Assembly (NCBI GenBank): GCA_964016885.1
Contig: OZ024742.1
Location: forward strand, 141,360,001-141,424,000
Reading direction: 5' to 3'
Source: Eledone cirrhosa
Taxonomy: Eukaryota
Length of the DNA stretch: 64,000 bases
The translations under genes were made by a program, and so were the position numbers. Positions within the stretch are counted from its first letter, which is position 1; each line of letters starts with the position of its first letter. The notes under the pieces are model-generated. The model was not told the origin of the DNA. It made no database searches and worked only from the letters and a program-made list of their open reading frames with translations. Below, in pieces: positions 42,324-54,686 of the stretch.

Positions 42324-43446
42324 ATATATATATACATATATATATATATACACACACATACACACACACGCGCACACACACATACACACACACACGCACA
42401 TATATGTATATATATAGAGAGAGAGGCTTACACACACATGGACACATTCACACAGGTATATAAGTACACGATCGCTTACACAAAACAGAATACAAACGCA
42501 AACGTAAGCATCTCCTAATTTATAGCACTCAGGCACACACGCATAACGCACACGCACAAACACACGCACATACACACGCACGCACACACACACACACATG
42601 CACACGCACAAACACACACACATGCACACGCACACATACACAGACGCGCACAAAACACACGTTAGAGAATTTAAGATCATCAGCAACACTATCAATAACA
42701 GCAACAACAACAACGAGAGAACTGGAAGTGACTAGCAACGGTACCGGATTTAATGGGGGAAAACAGGCAAATTGACCCCCCCCCCCCCACACACACACAT
42801 CGGGAAAGGAGGTCCTCAGCGATGGCCATAGCAATTTATTTGTGCCCTCTGCTCGGATTTTTTATTTTATCCCCTTCACTACGAGAGCTACAATTTTAAC
42901 AAAAAGTATTTAATATCCTTACCATGGCAAAATTCATCAAATTTTCTCAACATTAGAGACATCAGGTTGCTACCAGAACAATATTCTATAATAAAAAGCC
43001 CGTTATGTCTATTGAAACCATGCCAAATGCAAGATAAGATCGCTCCGATATGTCTATCCAACACATGCCAGTGTAGAAAGTGAACATAAAGTGAGGATGG
43101 TTAGATTTTTAAAAATTTAATACCTATATGTATAACTTTTCAATTCCAATTCCTTGCGCCAGTAGACTTTGATATGTAAAATTAGGTGTTTGGAGTGTAT
43201 TCTATTTTTTGTTTTGTGTATGAGGGGCCTCTTAACCCACTAAAGTCAAAATCCGACCATGTCTAGCAGATGTACTAAATTCACTGGAAGAAGAATATTT
43301 ATCCATAACATCCTGTCTTTCTCTTGTTTCTTCCACGTCCTGTAGTATTTAGCACCTATATATCTATCTATTTATCCATTCATCTCTCTCTCTCTCCCTC
43401 CTCATCTCTCTCTCTATCTCTCTCTCTCTATCTATCTACCTATTTG

Positions 43447-43516
<70 letters not shown>

Positions 43517-43656
43517 CCTATTTGTATTTCTCTCTCTCTGTCTCTTTCTCCGTTCGCCTGTCTCTTTGTCCCACAGTCTATTTTACCGTTCATCTATTTG
43601 TTTACCTGTTAGCCTGTCGGTCGCTCTGTCTGTTTTTCTAGTTGTTTGCATGTCTG

Positions 43657-43749
43657 CCTACCTACCTACCTACCTACCTACCTACCTACCTACCTACCTA
43701 CCTACCTACCTACCTACCTACCTACCTACCTACCTACCTACCTACCTAC

Positions 43750-43803
<54 letters not shown>
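43657..43803 (+). repeat. (CTAC)n-(TATC)n compound microsatellite at the left edge of the LINE array
   Basis: Visible repeat. Confidence 0.95.
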
Positions 43804-43804
<1 letters not shown>

Positions 43805-46607
43805 AACGGATTAGCACCTTAGTTAAGTGCCAGTTGACGGGGGCGATCGTCAACAACAGGTAGTGGAGCTCTCTGAAGAGAGCAATTAGAATAGAATCGA
43901 TAGCATTTAGCAAGGAAGTAGCTTTAGAGAAAAACAAAACCGAAAAGGAACTGGTAGCTAAAGTAGAAGAGGTACTTAGGAATGGCAGTACAGCTGACGT
44001 GCTAGCGGCGAGAACGACACTAGACCAGTTCTTCAACACGAAGGTTGTATTGTCATAAGTAGAACACGTGCTCTAAGAAACGAGGGAGCCAAAGCTGTTA
44101 GCTGGGCCCGAGCGGCAGAGGCGAAAAGTGGCAACAAATCCACAATTCGTTCCTTGCAAGACAAAGATTGACGCATTCTACTTGAATCCAAGCAGATGTG
44201 CGCGGCCTTCCAGCAGCACTTTGTACAACTGTTCGGGCAAAGCGGTACGTCAAGGGAGGTGATGGACTTCGGCTCCTACCTCGACGGCGTACCACGACTC
44301 TCGAGCACGGATGCAGAGAGCTGCGAAAGGCCGATCACAGCGGGCGAAATAGAAGAAGTCCTAGGCCGCTGTGGGAAACGCAGATCACCCGGTTTAGATG
44401 GTCTACCCTATGAGTTTTACATAGGCATGCCAGACTTGTTCTCTGGCGTCCTCGAAGCGGTCTACTGAAACTGGCAGCAGAACGGGAGGATTTCCAGTTC
44501 TGTAGGCAGTGGTGTAGTACGCTGATCAGGAAAGATGAGAACAAGGGGGATGAGATAAGCAATTTCAGGCCCATAACTCTGCTCAACACAGAGTTAAAGA
44601 TTTTGGCCAAGGTGTTAGCAGCGAGGCTGGCGCTTGTTCGTCGAGAACCTGGTAGGGGAAGCGCAAACGTGTGCAATCCTGACCAGGTCCATACACGACA
44701 ACCTCCACCTCATGCGATACATCATAGAGAAGGTAGGGTGTAAATCTGCCTTCGGTGGGGCTCTGATCAATTTAGATCAGTCTAAGGCATTTGATAGGGT
44801 CGACCATCAATACTTGGAAGCGGTCTCAAGGCGGCCGGCTTCGGCCCCGTCTTCAGCATCTGCTCGGCAGTCAAGATGAATGGCTACCTATGGGAGCCAT
44901 TCCAAATCATGCGTTCCATCCGTCAAGGGTGCCCTCTCTCCCCTGTTCTGTATGTACTGACTCTCGAGCCATTACTGTGGAAGTTGGAGCTGTTGCAGGG
45001 CATCCCGATCGAACCAGAACTGCGGAAAGCAGCGTCGGCCTATGCCGACGACATAACCGCAATGGTGTCGAAAACCTCGGACATCGGAGTAATCGACAAC
45101 CTATTACAGGAATAAGAAACGTTGACAGGAGCAAGACTAAACCCAAACAAGTCTATCGGTTTGCAACTCGGCACACGGAGAGGCAAACCCATGCCTTCCT
45201 ACAGTGTCGTTGGACGCTGGACGGAAGGACCGGTGTAATTGCTTGGGGTCTGGTTTGGTCCAGAGCTCCAGGTGGACAAGAACTGGAACGAGGTCTGGAC
45301 AAGAACTGGAACGAGGTCTGGACAAGAACTGGAACGAGGTCACGGCGAAGGTGTTTGCACTCACCCAGAAGTGGGCTGAGTGCAAACTCTCCTTGAAAGG
45401 TCGAGTGGAGGTGGAGAACACTTACATAGCGTCCGTCATCTACTACCGCTTGACAGTCGTGCCTTGCCCCTGCGAATACCTCACCAAAATGGAACGCCTA
45501 CTCTTCAAGTTCTTCTAGAAGACACAGTTTCCATTGGTGAGGAGATCCATCTGCTGTCAACACCCTTCTAACGGAGAGATGGGCATAACGTGGCTGATGA
45601 TGCGCAAACACGCGCTGAGGCTACGCTATCTCCAGGTGTTCCTGACCGGCGAACCGGTGTGACTGCCGTTTGTGAGACGAGCTCTACCACAACTCGTCTC
45701 ACTAACTCCACTTCGACATTCTATAGGGGATTAGTGGAGGATAAGTGCGACGAAGTTCTCGGGGAAACTCAAGGCATCGAGGAAGACGAACTGACCAGTC
45801 TGTTCGGGAGGACTTTCCGTCCAAGGCCTATGGATAACTTCTAGAGGTCTCTGGCCTGGCAGTGCTACCGAGGAGCTCTACCAGTTCAAGACAAAATCTA
45901 CAGGCACGGGCGCCCTGGCAGAGATCCTGCCAAAAGGACCTGTCCAAGATGCGAGCAGGACATCGAAACCGTTTTGCACGCAATTATTAAGTGCCCAGGG
46001 GTGACCGACCTGTGGAATTATGTCGAACAGCTACTGTCACGTGTGGGACGCATCCAGTTGTCAGCCGAGTCCATCGTGAGGATCACCCCACCGCCTTCAT
46101 TTAAGAATGAAGGAGAGGCGGTCTTCCTATGTCTGGTGGCTATGACGAAAGAGGTAATATGGTAGACGAGGTTAAAAGGACTGAGGGCAAGTTCCTTTCT
46201 CTCCGGACAACAACTCATTCCCTTATTTAAGTACCACTTCAGAAGGAAGGTGAGCGTTGAAAGAGAGGTGCTACACCCCAGTAAATTCGCTGAGAGGTGG
46301 GTGAATGTGGCGAAAATGGCCCGGATGAATGTGCCTTCTCTGTATATAAACCTGTAGGTTGAGGAAGATAAACAGAAGGAAGACGGGAACACCTACAGAA
46401 CGTGTTCCTGGTGTTGATGGTTGTTCTATCCACAGGGTATAAAACAACTCCGCAGTAGCGTTACCCCCCTAATGGGGATTTCAATTGTTTTATTTTTATA
46501 TAGTTTATTGTTATTTATCATTGTTAAAGATTTTATGTAGAACCCCCGCCGTCACGTCTTGTAATGTCCCATTTTTGTACGCCCCTGTGGCAAATAAAGA
46601 AAAATAT

Positions 46608-46608
<1 letters not shown>
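43804..46608 (+). mobile_element. Tx1/L1-clade LINE copy B, 5'-truncated and decayed
   Basis: RT motifs SPGLDG, DQSKAFDRVDH, IRQGCPLS, YADD with many stops and frameshifts; 23-bp triplication at 45274-45341; followed by (TATC)n 46609-46690. Confidence 0.93.
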
Positions 46609-46691
<83 letters not shown>

Positions 46692-46918
46692 TTAATCTAG
46701 CTGTCGTCTGTTCTACAGTGTGGATGTAATTCACTTCGCGCAGAAGTTTTGTTCAAATTTATTGCGGAAATTTTGTGAGTTCAAATTTAATTTTGATACA
46801 ATTGTGTAGCTTGAACTGAACTGTCAGGCGGTGGGTCAGCTCATCTTTACCCCTCCTAGAGGTGAAAAACCTGTTTTAAAAAATTTTGTGGCAAAAAAAT
46901 TTCAATCGTCTAACAGAA

Positions 46919-48821
46919 ATGTTAAACGCAGCGAACGAAAATAGTGGTGGGGGGACAGCGGTAAGAGTTGTAAGCTCGCACGCTTTAGTCCCCCCTTCCT
47001 TCCCAACTAACGTCATAGAGAAGGAAGGAAAAATTAAAATAAAAACAGACGAATCTGCGGAGAAAAAAAATGACGAAAACACAAATCTGGACATGGATTC
47101 CAACAACGAAAAACAAAAATTTGAAAAATTGCATGACAATACTAATAACACAAACAAAGACACAACAAACACAAAAATAACATTTGAAAATAACACCATA
47201 ACAGAAAGCAAAGCAGACGACAAGATTTCATTTGCACAGACAACAAAGAAATCTTTGACTTATATACCGGAAAATATTTCAGATGTGGCACGACGAATCA
47301 CAGACGCCAAACAATACATAAGTGAAGGAGAGAATGGTATTTTATCGGTAAAAATGCCTCAAGAATTCACCAAAGACATTGAAAGCCGAACGGTCAAGTT
47401 CCGCACCATCAACAACATTTCTAAAAAAACCTCAACAGCCTTCTCAAGCAGATATCAAAACAGTACTCACAGAAGTACTTAATGAAACCACTTTCATAAG
47501 AAAAGACAGACTGTATGGAAGCCTAGCAATTATCATGAAGAACGAATCGGCGGCAAAAAAATGTGCTTTGTCACCGATTCGTTCGAAAAATTTTACCTTT
47601 TATCCATCTTATATGGGTAAAAGAACTCAACGCATATGGCTGGATGCAATGATGCCAGATGTGAACTACTGCTGGCTCATAGCTGGCTTCATCGATCCAG
47701 TGAATGACAACGTGATTTCCATTGGGAAAACCACAGGCAATGCGTTCAGTGGAACAGGTATAGAGCTGGTAGTGCAAATGAAGCCTGAACGCATCGCCCA
47801 AATACCCGACAGAATCCTATTAGAGGGCCACGGGTATATAAACATTAGCGTGGAGGGGAGAAGGCCGTCCTGCCATATCTGTGCAGGCAGAGGGCACCTG
47901 AAGGCCGCTTGTCCCCAACTCAACAAAAAGAAAACCCTGCTACCAACACCAGCTCCACCACCACCACCACCACAACAGATAAACAAACAACAAAACTCAG
48001 TCCCACCCAACCCGTCCCTCAGTAAAACTACACCACCACCACAACACAAACAGTCACAACACATTACCCCAAAACAAAATACAGGCCCACCCAACCCCTC
48101 ACTCAATAAAACAACACAACCACCACAGACACAACACACAACACAGTCTAACATAGTGACATCCATCTCCCCCACAAAGAAAACCAACACGGAAACATTA
48201 CCAGCAAACATACCTCTTCCCTCCAACACTGAAGATAACCCAACGAATTCGGAGGAAGAAACGGAGTCCTTCAGACAGATTAAAAGGAAAAAAAGAAAAC
48301 ATGTGCAAAACACACAAGGCCAAACAACCGCCACCCAAATCTCAACACAATCCAACAAAACAGAAAACACCCCCCCAGCAACAAACAAAACCAAAGCTAC
48401 CCCTCCCCTCTTCGAAACACTCACACCACCCGAAAAAAAGACATTACACTATACTTACATCAACAGAAACAATAATAAATTAAATGAACTCATATACAAT
48501 AATCCTTCGGTACAAACCGAAGGTGTAAACTTTGTTTCTTCAGAAAACTACCCACATTTAAAATTAATAAAGATCCCAATGAACCTCTACCAAAAACTAA
48601 AAAAGGATTTTAAGGAGGACGTAGGACCACCCTCTGTCAAACCCATAAACCGCGTCCTACTAAAAAGCTTTCCCCCTCCCCTTCCCCTCCCCAACACAAC
48701 TCCAAACACCCCAACCCCACCACACACTGACGACCCCACACCACCACAAGACACCCCTTCACCCAACACCCCCGACCCCATGGAAGTCGTGCAACCCGAA
48801 CCCCGGGAAGCGGAAAGGTAG
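46919..48821 (+). pseudogene. ORF1 (gag-like, CCHC knuckle) of copy C, frameshift near 47425
   Basis: CHICAGRGHLKAAC; homologous to 52737-54653 across two frames. Confidence 0.85.
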
Positions 48822-48854
48822 GTCTCTACACTCTCCTTTGGCTCTGCCGCCCAC

Positions 48855-51800
48855 ATGGATGTGTTAAGAGTAGGATGTTTGAATGCACGTGGCCTGGGCT
48901 CAACTTGGAAGCAAGCAAAGCTTCTAAATGACCTCAGGTCATGTAGTATAAATGTAATGGTTATCTGTGAGACTCGAATCAGCGTCGTGCGGCAGCTGGC
49001 CTCCACCTTCGATGACTTTGAGGTGCATGCATCTCTCTGTCAACCTGGAGGTGGGGGTGGGGTTGTCGTACTGCTGCAAAAACACCTGGGTCTTGCCGTA
49101 CAGGTTGTGCACTCGGACCCGGAGGGTCGTTTGTTGGTGCTAGACGTTGGCAGTAGTGAAAGTGCGGCCTTGAGACTGGTCGCCGTCTACTCCCCTTTCG
49201 GAGCTGAACGGCCCGACTTCTTCCAGCGTTTGGAGACTTTTCTGGGAACGTCGCGTTCCCTGCTTCTAGCGGGGGATTGGAATGACATCCTAGATGCACG
49301 TTGGGACTATGCAGGAGCATGTCCTAATAGAGGGGGTGTAACAGCCTCAAGGGGTTACTCGACCGTTTTAACTTGGTCGATAGATATCGACTAGATTTTC
49401 CAACTGTGCCTACCTGGACTTGGAGAAACCACAGTGGTCAATCTAGATCGTACTTAGATAGATTCTTAGTTAGAAGTAAGGATAGGGACATATTAAGCTG
49501 TCCAGAAATGCGCACGGTTGGCTACACGGATCACAAATTAGTGACCTGCGTAGTCAATTTCGAGAAAACACATAAACAGGGTCCCGGTTACTGGAAACTT
49601 AATTTGTCTTTACCGGCAAAAGAGACTTACAGAAACCGGATTAGCAGATTAGTTAAGGAGAGGTTGACGGGTGCAATCGTCAACAACCGATGGTGGGCAT
49701 CTCTCAAAAGAGAGATTAGAACAGAATCAATAAGTTATAGCAAGATGTTAGCTGCCGATAGGAATAGAAACGAGAAAGAATTAACAGGTAAATTAGAAGA
49801 GGCAATCAAGAGCGAAGATGTGGCCAGAGTGCTGGCATCGAGGACGGCCTTGAACCAGTTTTTCGATGCAAAGCACGAAGGCTGCGTCATTCGAAGTAAA
49901 ATACGTGCTCTAGGTAATGAGGGGGCCAAAGCCGTTGGCTGGGCCCGCGTGACAGAAGCTAAGAGTGGAAATCGATCCACCATCCGGTCGTTGCAAGACG
50001 AAGATGGACGGGTGATCCAGGAGCCTAAGCAGATGTGCGAGGCCTTTCAAAGGCACTTTGCCCGATTGTTCGGGGGAGGCGAGGGTCCGGGCGGGGGCGT
50101 GGATTTCGGTCCATACCTCGACGGCCTGCCGCGTCTCTCGAGCGAAGAGGCAGAGTCCTGCGAGGGACCAATCTCGGCTGATCGGAGATGCGCTGAGCCA
50201 ATGCAGCAAACGCAAATCTCCAGGTCTCGATGGTATACCTTACGAACTTTATTTAGCAATGCCGGTCTTCTTCTCCGAACTCCTCGAAGCGGTCTACTGC
50301 AATTGGCAGCAGAACGGGAGAATTCCTTGTTCTCTAGCCAAGGGCGTAGTCACGCTGGTGAGGAAGGACGAGAACAAGGGAGATAGTATAAATAATTTTC
50401 GGCCCATAACCCTGCTAAACACAGAGTTAAAGATTTTGGCCAAGGTGTTAGCAAAGAGGTTGGCGCTTGTCGTGGGTGGCCTGGTGGGAGATGCGCAGAC
50501 ATGTGCTATCCCATCCAGGTCCATTCACGATAACCTCCACCTCATGCGATACATCATAGAGAGGGTTGGCAACAAACCCGGCTTCGGTGGGGCCCTGATC
50601 AACTTGGATCAGTCTAAGGCCTTCGATAGGGTCGACCATGGTTACCTGGATGCGGTGCTAGCGGCGGCTGGGTTCGGTCCTGTTTTCAGAGGCTGGATCA
50701 CTGCCTTACATAGCAACCACATCTGTTCTAGGATCAAGGTGAACGGCTACCTTTCGAAGCCGTTCGAAATCACACGATCCATTCGACAGGGGTGCCCTCT
50801 CTCCTCCCTTCTGTACGTATTGACTCTCGAGCCTTTACTGAGGAAGTTGGAGTTGTTGCAGGGTATCCTCCTGGAACCAGGATTGAGCAAAGCGGTGTCG
50901 GCCTACGCCGATGACGTAACAGTAATGGTATCGACCGACTCGGAGATCGAGACGATCGGTACCTTACTGGAGGAGTACGAAAGGTTGTCAGGGGCGAAAC
51001 TTAACCGGGAAAAATCCATCGGGCTGCAACTCGGAACGTGGAGAGGCAGACCGATGCCTCCTGACGGTGTCGTCGGACACTGGACGGAGGGCCCGGTAAA
51101 GTTGCTTGGGGTCTGGTTTGGACCGGACCTCCAGGTGGAAAAGAACCGGAACGAGGTTACGAACAAGGTGTTTGCACTAACCCAGAAATGGGCCAAGTGT
51201 AAGCTGTCCCTAAAAGGCCGGGCGGAGGTGGCGAACATTTACATAGCGTCCGTCACTTACTACCGCCTGACTGTCGTGCCTTGCCCTAAGGAAACACTCA
51301 CCACCATGGAACGCATGCTCTTCCAATTTCTTTGGAAGAAGCGCCCCTCTATGGTGAGAAGATCCATCTGCTGCCAACAACCTTCGAAAGGAGGGCTGGG
51401 GATGCCGTGGTTGATGATGCGTAGGCACGCATTAAGGCTACGGCACCTACAGGTATTCCTCACTGGTCAACCGGTGTGGGCTCCGTTCGTGAAACGAGCC
51501 TTTCCGAGACTCGTCTCGCTCACCGAGCTACAGTCCTGGGTCAAGCAAAAATCCGGAAAACTGGGAGACTGGCACACTGAGTGTGCTCAGGCGCTCAGGG
51601 CTCTCTGGCAAGCGGGCCAGGCCATCGGTGGAGAATCCACCTCATCATTCTATAGAGGGCTGGTGGCTAGCAGGGGCGATGACACCCTTGGAGAGTCGCT
51701 GGACATGGAAGAAGACGAACTGGCCAGCCTGTTCGGTAGGACTTTCGGCCCAGGACCAATGGACAACTTCCAGAAGTCACTGGCCTGGCAGTGCTACCGG

Positions 51801-52285
51801 GGTCTCTATCCGTTCGAGAGAGGCTCTACAGACACGGGCGCCCCGGCAGGGATCCCTCAAAAAAGCTTTGCCCTAGATGCGTGCGTCACGAAGAAACCGT
51901 TGCGCACGCATTGGTGCAATGTCCGGGCGTGGCTGATCTGTGGGGCTACGCCGAACGACTGCTGTCGCGGGTGGCGCCGATTAAATTGACCGCCGAGTCC
52001 GTGATGACAATCAAACCGCCTCCCCTCTTCACAAAGGAAGCAAAGGCGGTTTTTCTGTGCGTAATAGCCATGTTGAAAGAGGTTGTTTGATGGACACGAT
52101 TGAAAGGTCTGAGGTCAGGCAACTTCCTCTCTGGCCATAGTCTGGTCTACTTCTTCCGATATCACTTCGGAAGAAGGATAAGAATGGAGAGAGAGGTGCT
52201 TGGCCACAGGCAGTTTTATGAAAGGTGGGTGATAGTGGCGAGAATGGCTCGTGTAAGTGGGCCTTCTCTGTATACCATCCTGTAG
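48855..52285 (+). pseudogene. ORF2 (APE endonuclease-RT-zinc finger) of copy C, about 3 frameshifts
   Basis: CLNARGL, GDWN, TDH, KSPGLDG, YADD and CPRC split over ORFs 48855/49373/50058/51791. Confidence 0.9.
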
Positions 52286-52736
52286 GTAAAGAAGTAAAGG
52301 AGAGGGGAGCACCTTCTCCATGTGCTCCCCGGGCAAAGGATTGCACACTTTTTCGGGCGTGTGTGCAACCCCCATCACGTCCCCTCCCTTTTGAGGTTAT
52401 TTTCGATTATTTTCATGTTACACCCTTTTTACTCGATTATATGTAAACTCCCCCTTTGTATTTGTCCCTTCTTTTTATGCCTTTATGGTAAATAAAGAAA
52501 TATATCTATCTCTCTATCAGACGCGTGTCACTTCGCGGAGAAGTTTCCGTTAATTTATGTAAGAAAAAAACGTGAGTTTTTAGTTAAATTTTATATCATT
52601 GTGTAACTTGACCACCCGTCTGGACCTTCAGCTGGTGGGTCAACTCATTTTCGCCCCTTCAGGGGCGGAATGTCCATTTAAAAAATTTTTCTCCATCGAA
52701 TCTTGGAAAAAAATATTGTAAAATTTTGATTACGTT

Positions 52737-54653
52737 ATGAACGCTGCGTCCAACGATAATGGTGGCGGAGAGGCGGTAAGACTACAAAGCTCGCAGTCAA
52801 CAACGTCTTCTTCACTAGATACTATAGAGATGGAAAGACAAAATGAAAATGTAAAAACGAATTCATATTCAAACAACACAAATGACACCAAACAGTTCAA
52901 TGACAACAAAAATAACAGCAAAACCAATAATGATGATAAAAGCAACAATGATAACAACAACAAAGAAAAAAATAAAGACAACGCCAATAACACCAGCATC
53001 AAAGACAACAACAACACCAAGGAAAATACGGATGATACCAACATCGGTGACAACAAGAATAACAACAACAATAACAACAATAATGGCAACACCACCAATA
53101 CGGATTCCACAAAGAAACCAAAAATCTCCTTTGCGGAGAAAGTTCAAAAGAAAGAACAATTGATATATCTCGACATAACAAATGCTGAACACCTTTTAAA
53201 GGACGCTAAGAGATATGTCACCTTCGAAAAAAATGGTGCTTTCAGCATCAATTCTCCGGTAGAAATTCGCAAGGAAACTGCTCTCAAAACGATAGTTTTT
53301 AGGACAGTTTCCAATTCTACCCGAAAACCAGTCCAATTGTCACAGAAAGATATTGAACTGGTTTTCAAAAATTCAATGAATGATATTGCATTCATTCAAA
53401 GAAGCAAACTTTTTGGGAGTATTTCGGTACTCATGAAGGATCAATTGACGGCCCAAAATTACTCTGTGTCGCCAATTGTATCCAACCTGTACACCTTTTT
53501 CCCTACATACATGGGAAAAAGGACACAAAAGATCAGAATCACAAGTGTCACACCAAAGGTGAACATATGGTGGATACTGTGCGGCTTCATCAATTTTGAT
53601 GAAGACAGAATACTGTCAGTAGGAAAGTCCCCCAGAGATGTATTCAATGGGACTAGCATTGAAGTTCTGGTGCAAATGAGCCCAGAGCGAATAGCTATGA
53701 TCCCACAGCGTGTACTCCTGGACGGACTCACCTACATAAACCTTTCGGTTGAGGGTAGGCGGCCTTCATGTTACCATTGCTTTAGCAGTGGTCACCTGAG
53801 GGCTTCCTGTCCTAAACTAACGAACCAAAAAAAGGCTCTTCTGCCGACACCCATCAAAACAACACAAGCACCAACACCACCACAACAACAACAACACCAA
53901 CACACAAAAATAACCACAACAAACACAGTCCCACCCAACCCCACTCCACCTAAAACCACTGCAAAATCACATACAGACACAACAGCTCCCCAAGACATAC
54001 CCCTCCCCAATCACACAGACGATACAACAGATGAGGCTATCTCGCCATCACCCAGTGAAGACGAGGGAGAACCCCATCGCTCGAAAAGAAAGAAAAGACA
54101 TCACAAAAGCAAAAAACTAGCAAACACTACCACAAACATACAACCACCAACACAAACAACACAAATATCACAAACAAAACCCCCACCTCCTGAAAACAAA
54201 ATACCTACAACAAAACGAAAGCACACACAAGAACTACAGACAAAAACAAACACAACACAAGAAAATTACACTTACACTTACATAAACACTGAAAACAAAA
54301 CACTAATGGAGACCATCACGAACGACCCTTCGGTTTTCACCGAAGGGAAAACTTTCGCCCACTCTATAAAAAATAGCAAAAAACTGAACCTAAAACTGAT
54401 TAGGGTCCCTATACAAACTTATAGGTCCCTAAAAGAAACATTTGAGAAGGATGTGGGGAATTCCTGCGTGAAACCACTCAACCGCGTCCTTCTCAAATGC
54501 CTCCCCACCCCAGACACCCCCATCCCACCAGACCCCACCCCACCAAACATCTGCATCTCCACCCCGCCGGAAACCACCACCCATCCAGACAACCCCTCCA
54601 ACACCCCCATGGAAATCGTGCGGCCTGGTCCCCAGGAGGCGAAGGGTGAGTGA
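52737..54653 (+). CDS. LINE ORF1p: Asn-rich N-terminus, putative RRM-like region, CX2CX4HX4C knuckle, Pro/Thr-rich tail
   Basis: 638 aa open; CYHCFSSGHLRASC. Confidence 0.88.
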   Translation: MNAASNDNGGGEAVRLQSSQSTTSSSLDTIEMERQNENVKTNSYSNNTNDTKQFNDNKNNSKTNNDDKSNNDNNNKEKNKDNANNTSIKDNNNTKENTDDTNIGDNKNNNNNNNNNGNTTNTDSTKKPKISFAEKVQKKEQLIYLDITNAEHLLKDAKRYVTFEKNGAFSINSPVEIRKETALKTIVFRTVSNSTRKPVQLSQKDIELVFKNSMNDIAFIQRSKLFGSISVLMKDQLTAQNYSVSPIVSNLYTFFPTYMGKRTQKIRITSVTPKVNIWWILCGFINFDEDRILSVGKSPRDVFNGTSIEVLVQMSPERIAMIPQRVLLDGLTYINLSVEGRRPSCYHCFSSGHLRASCPKLTNQKKALLPTPIKTTQAPTPPQQQQHQHTKITTTNTVPPNPTPPKTTAKSHTDTTAPQDIPLPNHTDDTTDEAISPSPSEDEGEPHRSKRKKRHHKSKKLANTTTNIQPPTQTTQISQTKPPPPENKIPTTKRKHTQELQTKTNTTQENYTYTYINTENKTLMETITNDPSVFTEGKTFAHSIKNSKKLNLKLIRVPIQTYRSLKETFEKDVGNSCVKPLNRVLLKCLPTPDTPIPPDPTPPNICISTPPETTTHPDNPSNTPMEIVRPGPQEAKGE

Positions 54654-54686
54654 TCTCTTTTCCTCTTTTAACTTTTCAGCACCAAC

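Larger units (their letters stand above)
46731..52502 (+). mobile_element. Tx1/L1-clade LINE copy C, full length and frameshifted
   Basis: 5' motif TCACTTCGCG.AGAAGTTT shared with copy D; ORF1 and ORF2 present; ends AATAAAGAAATATATCTATC. Confidence 0.93.

Noticed and set aside
45274-45341. Three 23-bp direct repeats, superficially CRISPR-like
   Set aside because: No spacers; a local tandem triplication inside the decayed LINE RT
54646-54679. GT..AG mini-intron fusing ORF1 and ORF2
   Set aside because: Only 34 nt, gives an out-of-frame join, and no equivalent AG in copy C
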